Assembly (NCBI RefSeq): GCF_964204645.1
Contig: NC_134028.1
Coordinates: 18,545,653 to 18,609,652, forward strand
Reading direction: 5' to 3'
Source: Tubulanus polymorphus
Taxonomy: Eukaryota; Animalia; Nemertea
DNA: 64,000 bases
Below are positions 53,448-64,000 of the stretch, piece by piece. How positions within the stretch are numbered: the first letter of the stretch is position 1; each line of letters opens with the position of its first letter. The notes beneath the pieces are model-generated. The model had not been told where the DNA came from. It was given only the letters and a program-made list of their open reading frames with translations, and did no database searches. Both the position numbers and the translations under genes were made by a program.

Positions 53448-55480
53448 GAGAGATCACTATCTGTCCAAAGGTAAGTCGAAGATAATTAGTTTGTATCACG
53501 AGCTAACCTCGCTGAAGAAAAGTATCGATGAAAATTTAACCGATTACGTTTTACGGACAGAAACTGCTGCGGCATCTCTTAAATCGGCCGAAGAGAATAT
53601 CAGCGATAGCTTGCTGGTGGCGATGATAATTAAAGGCTTGCCCGTAGAATTCAAACCGTTCTGTACCGCCATCAATCAAAGAGAAAAGACCGTGTCTTTT
53701 ACCGACTTCAATGTCGCATTGCGTAATTACGAAGAGACCAATAAGTCCCAATCGGACAATTTTGAAGAAGATCGTGTTTTGAGAGTTAACTCAGCGCATC
53801 GTTCATCCCGCGATCGCGTAAGACCTGGGAATAGCCAATCGTTGGTGTGTTTCCGATGCAATAAACCAGGACACATCGCGGCGAACTGTAAAGAAAATTC
53901 GCGTAGGGAAAATTCGCGTTGGTGTGTAAATTGTAAATGTAGAACGCATGACACTAAATACTGCCGTAAAACTCGCGATAAAGTGAAACTTGCCGACTCC
54001 GACACCGTTAATGACGGAGACAACTTCTACTTCAGAATAACCGTTGATTCTGCCAGCTCCGTACACAACGTTAATAGTTTGTTGGTGGATTGTGGGGCAA
54101 CGAGCCACATAATAAATGACGAATCAAAATTTGTGTCGTTTGATAAAAGTTTCAACGCTGATGATCATTTCATTGAGCTTGCAGATGGATCGCGAATGAA
54201 AAATGTGGCGCTTAAAAGAGGAGACCCAAGGGTGCAGCTTACCGACTCAATGGGTAGAATATGTAATGTTGTGTTAAGAAATGTTTTATATATTCCTACA
54301 TTTAAGCAAAACATCTTCTCAGTTCAGGCGGCCATTGAGAATGGTGCACATTTACAGTTTAAATCTAATTCTGGTAGCCTTTCAGCTTCTAATGGTACTG
54401 TATTTAATTTTACGAGACGTGGTCGATTGTACTATATGTATGCTTGTAATACTATTTCCTCTGATCAGAATGAACACAGTTTACTTGTGTGGCATAGAAT
54501 TTTGGGTCACTGCAATGTTCAGGATATACTCAAATTGCAAACAGCTGTAACGGGTATGAAAATCTCAGGTTCTGGGAAAGATGTAACGTGTAAAGATTGT
54601 ATTCTAGGTAAAATGACCCAAAATAGAAGTAGGGAACCAGACGAACGAGCTAAAGCCCCATTTCAGATTGGTCCATTGTGACTTAGCGGGTCCCATTCAC
54701 CCTCCAGCTATAGACGGGTATAGATATGCACTTGTCTGTGTTGACGATTACTCAAACATATTGCCAGTATACTGCATTAAACAAAAGAGTGTGACGCGTT
54801 ACAGGCCTTTAAGACCTTTCTGGCTGATATATCACCATATGGTAAGCTTGGCGTGGTGAAAAGTGTTCGTTCAGACAATGGTGGTGAATTTATTTCAAAA
54901 GATTTTGAATCGTTCCTTATTGAAAACAAAATCAGGCATGAAAAATCCTCGCCACATTCGCCTCACCAGAATGGAACAACAGAAAGGGCGTGGCGGTCGT
55001 TATTTAAGATGGCACGCTGCTTATTGTTGGAATCTCGTTTACCCAAGCAATTGTGGTCTTACGCAGTCCTGGCATCGTGTTATATCCTAAATCGTTGTTT
55101 GAATAAACGATTGAATAAAACACCCTACGAGGTGCTTACAGGTCGAAAACCTAACCTTAGCCATACCGGTATGCACATTTTTGGTTGTACATGCTATGCG
55201 TACCTGCAGGATAAAAGCAAACTTGATGCAAGATGTGATCAGGCTATATTTATTGGGTATGACCGATCGAGTCCGGCGTATTTAGTTTATTTTGACGGAA
55301 ATGTCAAAAAGGTAAGGCGTGTAAAGTTTGACGATAGAGTAGATATTATGCCAACCGATTTTATAGAAGATATACCCATACAGAATGAGAAAGGGGATCA
55401 AAACTCAAACGGTCAGATCGAGAGTGTACCTAACACACCAAACATAGATAACACCCCAGTTAAGACTGAAAAATCATGGA
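53448..55480 (+). pseudogene. Copia fragment (gag C-terminus, protease, integrase), no LTRs, no RT
   Basis: CFRCNKPGHIAANC, LVDCGATSH, WHRILGH, GKM, VRSDNGGEF, PHQNG..ER, KLDAR. Same clade as Copia-1 but a different family. Confidence 0.93.
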
Positions 55481-56135
55481 ACCTGCCCTGAGAGGCCCAG
55501 TGGCGTGATTAAGCAGTATAAATGGAAAACTCGGCTATGATTCTGATGAAACGGCGAACTATCTCGCCGATGTTTGAGGTGCACCTTGTCGAATATCATG
55601 AAATTAAATGGATTAATACATCGACACTTAACAAATAGAACGAAAGTAATATTTTGATTAAAATTCATTCACGATAAGAAATGTATTTTCAAAAAATCAT
55701 GTAGTCTGTTTACCGACGACGGAAAGTATAAATGGTGATTATATTAATTTCAAAGCATATAATCTAATCATTCAGATAAACAATTTGTGTCGTCGGCTTA
55801 AATCATATCGGTGCGTTTAAATACACTGTATATTCTAATTCAACTGTGAATTTTTCCGGGGTTTCTACTGCTTTCGCAGAAACTCTGTTGTAATTCTGCT
55901 ATTATATTATTCTTTATATTATATTTTTCTTCTCCGGGGTAGAGGTTGGTTGATCGGTTTCATATTATTTTTTCGTTAGGCTAATTACCTGAGTGCTGCC
56001 CAACTTAAATCAGTTTTAATGTTTATCTAGTGTCAATGGCATTATTATAGTTGCCACATGCAATAAGGCATATGCAATTGAATCTTATCTGATCAGCCCT
56101 GCGGGTGTAATTATATACCTAGTCTACTGTCGTCC

Positions 56136-57131
56136 AACCTGCCCTGCGAGGCCAGTTTTATTCTGCAGATATCACCTGCCCTGAGAGGCCAGTTTAATTC
56201 TGCAGAAATCAACCTGCCCTGAGAGGCCAGTTGAACTGCTGCAGTTTGACTTCCGATATCAACCTGCCCTGAGAGGCCAGTTGAACTGCTGCAGTTTGAC
56301 TTCGAATATCAACCTACCCTGAGGGGGCCAGTTTCATTCTGCAGAAATCAACCTGCCCTGAGAGGACAGTTGAACTGCTGCAGTTTGACTTCCGATATCA
56401 ACCTGCCCTGAGAGGCCAGTTGAACTGCTGCAGTTTGACTTCGAATATCAACCTACCCTGAGGGGGCCAGTTTCATTCTGCAGAAATCAACCTGCCCTGA
56501 GAGGCCAGTTGAACTGCTGCAGTTTGACTTCCGATATCAACCTGCCCTGGGAGGCCAGTTAAACTTCTGCAGATATCACCTGCCCTGAGAGGCCAGTTTC
56601 ATTCTGCAGAAATCAACCTGCCCTGAGAGGCCAGTTGAACTGCTGCAGTTTGACTTCCGATATCAACCTGCCCTGAAAGGCCAGTTGAACTGCTGCAGTT
56701 TGACTTCCAATATCAACCTGCCCTGAGAGGCCAGTTTCATTGCTGCGGTTTGAGTTCTGATCAACCTGCCCTGAGAGGCCAGTTTCATTGCTGCGGTTTG
56801 AGTTCTGATCAACCTGCCCTGAGAGGCCAATTCATTTGCTGCAGTTTGACTTCCGATATCAACCTGCCCTGAGGGGCCAGTTTCATTCTGCAGAAATCAA
56901 CCAGCCCCGAGAGGTCAGTTCAACTGCTGCCGTTTGACTTCCAATATCAACCTGCACTGAGAGGCCAGTTAAACTTCTGCAGATATCAACCTACCCTGAG
57001 AGGCCAGTTTCATTGCTGCAGTTTGACTTCTGATATCAACCTGCCCTGAGAGGCCAGTTCAACTGCTGCACTTTGACTTCGATATCAACCTGCCCTGAGA
57101 GGCCAGTTCAACTGCTGCAGTTTGACTTCGA
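56136..57131. repeat. Minisatellite of about 22 units (38-50 bp), each starting CAACCTGCCCTGAGAGGCCAG
   Basis: Read directly. Two main unit types alternate in a ~140-bp higher-order pattern. Confidence 0.95.
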
Positions 57132-58203
57132 ATGTAGGTAAAATTCTCCCCGGTAAAAATCCCCCCAGTAAAAATCCCCCCAGTTCAGTTTTCTATCAAA
57201 TTTAAGTAAAAAACCTAAATGAAAACCGATAATACTTTTTTACAATAATACTCAGATAATACATAGATAGGTACACAGATATTTTGCTATTACTTTTAAC
57301 TTAGATTTCTTCATAGAAATTTTCAGAAATACGATAATATCATTTTCATTTTTACTAGCTAAAAGTCACAGAATAATGTCATTTTTATGCACGTAGCTTG
57401 GTCAAAGCAGGGAAGTGTGATGAGATGGAATACGGACGCTTTTAATTGCCGGATGTAGGCTATTCAATTCAGCCCGTACATCAAAGGTTACCGCAACAGC
57501 AGTAAGTTTGCAAAAGGTTGAAAGCCTGTTTTGGTCGATGGCGAGTGACGTCACTAGTACAAATTCCGAGCGGTTCGAATCCCACAATACGCCAAAATCA
57601 CTACGGCCGCTCTGAGCGCACATCGCATTTCAACGTTGCCGTTTAATAATTGTAAAATAACTAATACTAGTTTTATAAGGGTTAGAAGTACATTATATTT
57701 ACTGCTAGTGTATGTATATATCATGTGCGGTTGCGAGAAATCCCTGCCCTGGTTAAACATGAGTCCACTAAACCTTTAAATTTTAAGTTGTTTAATGAAT
57801 CTATTGTTTTAAATTGTTAAAACTGCAAACTATGGTTGTCGAAGATGCACCTTCTTCACATCCTTTGAAATCCTGGATAGCATCGCTGTCGGCAAAAGCC
57901 TTCAGGTCTGTCTTCAACGGCACATCGCTTTGGAACAAGCGACTACTGTGTTATCAAATCTGAACTAGGTAAAAACATGTTCCCCAAAAATAAAGACAAG
58001 TAAACGGATTAATTTGAGGTTTGAATGTTTTTGTTTATTCGTTGGTTCAAATCGAACCCTCGTCATCCCTGATCTCCATAAATCTAGGAAAAATATTCGC
58101 ACACTTAAAACAATAAAATACGAGCAATAAGCAATAACATCAGACCGGAGTAAGTAACTTTACTTAATTCACAGATACAATCCTACACAAAAAAATAGCT
58201 ATT

Positions 58204-58445
58204 CAGTGGCGGATCCACCCCTTTATTTTTACCGATGTAGCCGCAAATCTATGCGTTACTGAGTAAAAACCGAATGAAATCTTTCTATTAAGTAATGCTC
58301 AGAATGCACCTGCTTGCATCTATTTTTCCAAAATTTTTTTAGGGAGGGTCTTCGCGTTATCGGTGCTTGTTCTGGAATGGCTTATAGCCATCTGTTGTTG
58401 CTTTCATTTGCCCCCCCCCCCTTCAAAATGCTGGATCCGCCCCTG
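58204..58445. mobile_element. hAT-type MITE remnant
   Basis: Imperfect TIR CAGTGGCGGATCCA / TGGATCCGCCCCTG. No TSD visible. Confidence 0.6.
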
Positions 58446-58579
58446 AGTGCAGACAAAATGATCGACAAAGACATACAGAACTCTAAAACAAGTTAACAAT
58501 TTAAGCAACGATAGACAAAACAGATAGCTGATTACTTTACAAACCTGTTGTCAGAACCTTAATTAGTTTTACATGTACA

Positions 58580-59490
58580 TACAGAGGACTGTTAACAATT
58601 CAACCAATGAAATTGCGATAGAGATACAGAACATACAGCTTTAACAGTAAACAATGCAACCAATGAACTGCGATTAACTAAGACCTACGAGCAATTATCA
58701 AGTTTGATAATTGCTCGTAGCTAAGACATACAGGACAAACAGGACTAACTTAATTGCGATAGACATACAGGACATACAGAATTAACAGCAGACAATTCAA
58801 CCAACGAATTGCGATTAACTAAGACATACAGGACTAAACCACAGGACAAACAGGACTAACAGTAGACAATTCAACCAATGAATTGCGATTAACTAAGACA
58901 TACAGGACATACAGGACTAACTTAATTGCGATAGACATACAGAATATACAGGACTAACAGTAAACAATGCAACCAATGAATTGCGATTAACTAAGACATA
59001 CAGGACTAACTTAATTGCGATAGACATACAGAATATACAGGACTAACAGTAAACAATGCAACCAATGAATTGCGATTAACTAAGACATACAGGACTAACT
59101 TAAATGCGATAGACATACATAATATACAGGACGAACAGTAAACAATGCAACCAATAAATTGCGATTAACTAAGACATACAGGACTAACTTAATTGCGATA
59201 GACATACAGAATATACAGGACTAACAGTAAACAATGCAACCAATGAATTGCGATTAACTAAGACATACAGGACATACAGGACTAACAGTAGACAATTCAA
59301 CCAATGAATTGCGATTAACTAAGACATACAGGACATACAGGACTAACTTGATTGCGATAGACATACAGGACTAACAGTAAACAATGCAACCAATGAATTG
59401 CGATCGCGATCACAAAGACATACAGTCAGGACAAACAGGAATAAACCACAGTAAATTGCGATAAAAAAGACATACAGGACTAACTGCAGT
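58580..59490. repeat. Compound minisatellite (GACATACAGGACTAAC / AATGCAACCAATGAATTGCGAT modules, ~87-bp period in the core)
   Basis: Read directly from the sequence. Confidence 0.92.
58685..58720. other. 36-bp palindromic insertion (17-bp arms) flanked by a 7-bp duplication
   Basis: CTAAGAC-CTACGAGCAATTATCAA-GT-TTGATAATTGCTCGTAG-CTAAGAC. Neighbouring repeat units lack it. Confidence 0.9.
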
Positions 59491-60299
59491 AAATATATAG
59501 GGCCTTAGGAATGCAAAATACATTCATTTTGTCGAATTTAAACATTCCACAACTTAATTCATTATGTCATTTCCAGTTTTCAAAGGGAATTTTCTTAACT
59601 TCAGATGCCTCGAGGACATAAACATATAGAAAGATCTGTCCCAAAAAAAAATGTCAAGTGTCTTTCTTAGTGCAATGGGCCCTGGTTTCCACGTTTATAT
59701 ATCACATATAAAATTCTACAGAAACAATCAATGAATAAGTGAAAATTTACGAATAAGAAACAAGACATTCAAGCAGTTGAGTAAGTTAAAATGGGACCAA
59801 TCTATATATATTATATATGGATTATACAATTTAATTAGGGACAGCCTTGAACCGAGGTTGATGTGTCCATACACTCTCCTCATACACTCTCTGAACATGC
59901 ATGTATGTATACTGCTGCCAATTGATGATAAGTCAAGGATGTTGAAGTTCTAGACATGGTCAGAATCATCCAGAGACATCGGCACGCATCACAATAACTG
60001 ATGATTTTGCAGTAACCTGTAACATAAAAAATCAAGCGGTAATCTATTCACAAAATATATTTTCCTGAAAGAAAAAACCTGAAATAGAGCACTATAAACA
60101 CCAGTGCATATACATTGCTTCTTAACCTTATATATAATCGAGTAAATATATAGGTGACTAAGTGACGGTCATTATAGGCTTCTACGTTCACCATGGGAAA
60201 TGAAAATATTTCTAACGTCAGGGATTCATTCGAAACCCGATCAATAATATTCAATACAAACTATTTAGGAAATTGGGTCACAATGAAAACAAAACCACC

Positions 60300-63200
60300 T
60301 GATATGTTCAGGAGGAGCCTCATTGATTGGAGCACATTTCCAATGACAATTATCTATGGCAATTATCACATTCAATTGAGAATGTGGACTTTTTCTTAGG
60401 ATTAGCATTGCAGTTTTTGTGGCAGACAGGGCAGGTTTCAGCAACTAACTGAGAAGGGGTTTTTGAAGGGGTTTTTTTCAACTGTTGATGACAAAAGATA
60501 ATCTAGTTTCAATTTTGCTAGGTTTTGGAGGCCTGCATTTCCAGGTTGATCTATAAGAATTTCTAATTCTTTTTCAGAATTGGAATTATTGATTTCTGTA
60601 ATAGGAGAACTGTTGAGATAATCATCTTTATTATTATAATCGATTACAATAGATTTTTTCTTATGATGATAATGTTCAATACGAATGTGCTTTTGAAGGA
60701 ATGTTTCACTTGCATATGAATTAATAAACCCCATCTGCTCAACAAATAGCACATGAGATAGGTTTCAAAGATGAATGAGAAGTGGATATGTGCTTATCTA
60801 GTTCCCTGCGACTTGAACAAAGATATGGAGGATTTATTTTGTCTTTAATACAAAAGGAACAGACAATACTTTTTCCAAATAAAACAGACTTCGAGTCATT
60901 TTTAACAACTGGTATTGACTTAATATCTTTTGGTTTGGTATCTTTTGATTTTTTCGGTAAGGATGATTTATTCTGACTTAAAATATCTGCTGAAAATTCG
61001 ATATCATTGCCAGGATCTGGATCAGTGGAGTCTATGGTTTCAATTTCTGATATTTTAGCTTTTTTACCTAGTTTGATAGCAGCATTTTCAACCATAGCAG
61101 AAAAGGATACACCTCTGTTAGCAGGTCTAATTATCTTTCGCCCTCCGTGTCTTGCATTCTCAGCATCTTTAGGCATTGTAACCTTAAGGCAGTAAGGGTC
61201 TATCACTTCAAGTTCAGGAAGGTTTATGGAAACCTGATTGTCCTTGATTGGACCCTCGGCACGCCTATGAGCCATATTGTGAGGTTGTCGTTTGGCAGGT
61301 CGTCCGCTTATTAACTTATATCCACAGTGGCTTTCATTATGTAAAATACTTAGAATGTGCCCTTTCCTAGCAGCATTGATATCATTCGAGCTAGCAATGT
61401 GGGAATGATCTTTTAACTTATCAATGAGGGTAGATGAAACAGAACTATTTTGTCGAGTAAAATTGTAAGTTGGCAGAGGCTCCACAATGTGGAATTTATA
61501 TGCATCAATTAAAGCCTTCGTTGAGGTTATATTGTTTTTTTGGGCAAAACAGGCAAAAAGATGTTTGCAAAAATATGGTTGTCCAATCATTATAAAAGCT
61601 TCACAAGTACATATACCTAGTTTCAAATTGATTAAATGGCAATTACAATCTACGTATGAAAGACAATTTTCAGGAACGATTGTAATAACGTAATTGAATA
61701 AGATACGACTGGATATTGAATCTAAATTTCCTATGTACCTTCGGCATTTTTTTGAAATGTCATATGAATGTTCCTCGGATATTGATACTTTATCGGGGAA
61801 TCTTTCTTCTAAAACATCAAGCTGATTGAATGTATATTGAGTATCACCATTGAAAAAATTATCATTATCTTCTAACCTATTTAAGTTCTTTCGTGAAGAA
61901 CTCTTCACAACAAACCAACTAGTTTCTTCATCATATTTAAAAATCTCATTATTCTGTAATAAATCAAAGGCTCTTTTGCAACACATCTTTTCAAGGTGAC
62001 GTATATTCTTAACTCGTTGGTCAAGTTGCTTAAATTGGAGATTGTTCATATTTGTCGCTTTTATCTCATCATTAAAAACATTTTCAAACAGTAATCGTAT
62101 AAAAGATGATATCAGTTTATTTAGGTGTCCACTTAAGTAGACATCATCTATTTGTTTGAATTTGCGCTCAGTAATATTATCAGTTAATAGCAAAGGGTTA
62201 TTTCTGTGAGATTGGTCTGACTGATAAATTGATTCAGCATTGAATGCATCAGACCAAATTTGGGAATTAAACCAATTCTTCTTAAGGTAATCAATAAATA
62301 ATGTTTTTGTATCTTGCGACATAAGGTCTAAAGAAATATCATTCTCAATAAAACTATAAATGAATTGGCTATATCAGTTCTAGAGGAAGCATCCCATGAT
62401 CTCATAGTGCATTTGAAACCAGTTTCTAGAGGCTTGCAAAATAAGCGAAGTTCTTGATTTTCATTCATGAAGCGACGAATACACTGCAGGACATGAAAAT
62501 TACATAGTACTGATTTAAGATTATTGTCAGATGCTCCTTGCTTTAAACTTGCATCTTTATCATGTTGTACAAAAGGACAAAATCTAGATGTCGATGAACA
62601 TGGCTTGATTCTGAAAAAACCATTGCCATCATTAAATATATAGAATTCAGATGGATGATTACATTTTTCGTCTTTACATGGTGTATTGGCTAGAACTAAC
62701 TGGATGGTAGTTGCATGAGTAGCCCCCCCTTCATCACTACTAATTGATGCAGCAGCAATACGTCCTTCATTTTTGTTGTCTGCAAAAGTTACAAATGAAG
62801 TTTTGAATTTCCACGAATTGAAATCATGTTTCACGTCAATACCAATGACAGATTGTCCAAAGTTGGATAAATGTTCCACAGAACGAGGATCAGAGAGAAT
62901 AATGTGATAATTACGTTTGAGTGTGGCATCCCCTCGTTGAAATAAAAGGACAGATTCATAGTTACCCTCTAATAATTTTTCAGTATTTCTCCAATCAGAA
63001 CTTAGAATAGGTATTTCGTCTTGAGATTTCATATGTAATTTTATCGAAGATTTATCAATATATTTCAATCTATTTGAAATTTGATCTAGGGTATGGTCAT
63101 GACCGGCGCCATCATTTACATTTGATACATGAAGGTTATTGTGAGCATTGGTGGCAGAAAGAACCTTCATTGCTGTGGCATTCATCATGACTCTATTTTC

Positions 63201-64000
63201 ATCCCATCTATCTCTAGTAGATAAATTAGGTCGCTTTTTAATTTGTAAAGGAATATTTTCATGATATTGACCATTAAGTGGTTTGCTGAAGATTCTCCAC
63301 TTGGATAAATCAGTACTAAATAATACAAGTTTCGTTGCCCAATAACACATAAAATGAGGGTGAATTTTTTGGCTCAAACTGCTGCCTTAACTTCGCAGGA
63401 CGATCACGTTTATTCTTCAGCTTATAGTTGTAACAGTTGGAACAAAATGTTTCACCATCAGCATTTTTCCTCCATTTGTTAGACATGGTAATGGAGCAAT
63501 GAATACATTGTTTATCATTTAAAACAACGTCAATTTGACATGAGGGACAATTAGTGATGTTACTGGACACATTCAACTTTGAAAGATAATATCCACATGA
63601 TGATTTATATTGAAGACTTTGACGAACATTTTATGAGCATTTCTGCAGCCACAAATTGAGAAGTATCCTCAACAATTGGCTCAATAAATTCAAATTTATT
63701 ATCTAATCTATGGGTTTCCCAATTCTTTTTTAATGTTAAGGAAGCTTTCATCGTTGTCAGGTTACCAACAAATGAAGGCCGCACATTCTTATGCAGACGA
63801 ACTGTTTTTGTTAAATCAAAAGGGAATCTATCGAAATAATATTTTGTGTCAGCACCAGTCATTACTTCCCCATTTTCAACCCATTCATCACTAAGTGGAT
63901 TCTGGTTGTTGAGGTATTTCTTGATAGTGTCAATGGCTACCTGGTCATTTGTACCTTGGTCTGTACAATGAAAACTTTTATACTTCGTCTTACTGTCAGT
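60300..64000 (-). pseudogene. MULE/Mutator-like transposase with GATA, SWIM, C2H2 and PHD fingers, frameshifted; runs off the window
   Basis: CIHC-X17-CSNC (GATA-type), IGIDVKHD (D), HDKD (D), LCNFH, FIDYLKKNW, TDNITER (E), CTC..CKH (SWIM), then C2H2-like motifs and CPVC..IECDNC..(H..C) near 60330-60436. Confidence 0.8.

Noticed and set aside
56136-57131. CRISPR-like repeat/spacer pattern
   Set aside because: The 'spacers' are repeated variants of two or three sequences, there are no cas genes and the context is eukaryotic. It is a minisatellite.
57571-57584. GGTTCGAATCCC B-box suggesting a tRNA gene
   Set aside because: No acceptor stem, D arm or anticodon arm can be built around it.

Overview
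Eukaryotic, probably invertebrate metazoan, AT-rich DNA with spliceosomal introns. The window is almost entirely a nest of transposable elements, and I found no ordinary host gene. From left to right: a decayed minus-strand BEL/Pao element split by a full-length Gypsy (2113-6950); an intron-rich zinc-finger + tyrosine-recombinase (Crypton-like) element (~8.6-26.5 kb) interrupted by a full-length Copia (10278-14889) and a BEL/Pao (18989-26058, itself carrying a Helentron-type insert); a decayed LINE with an esterase-type ORF1 and an inserted Penelope-type hammerhead ribozyme; a decayed spliced hAT; foldback MITEs; a young Gypsy (35244-50384, LTRs identical by eye) inserted in a ~190-bp satellite, carrying an extra SGNH-esterase ORF after pol and two nested TIR elements, the inner one an apparently intact 5-exon hAT transposase with a 639-bp (TG)n; a Copia fragment; several tandem arrays; and a decayed MULE-type transposase with GATA/SWIM/PHD fingers. 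The best leads are: (1) a 13-7-13 loxP-like palindrome built from TTAGGG, repeated downstream of the recombinase gene; (2) the SGNH ORF3 in the env position of a Gypsy; (3) a recurrent ACCT-N8-AGG palindromic core shared by two arrays and bracketing kb-scale segments. All calls were made by eye, with no database search. Coordinates are exact where TSD/LTR/TIR junctions are quoted and approximate elsewhere.
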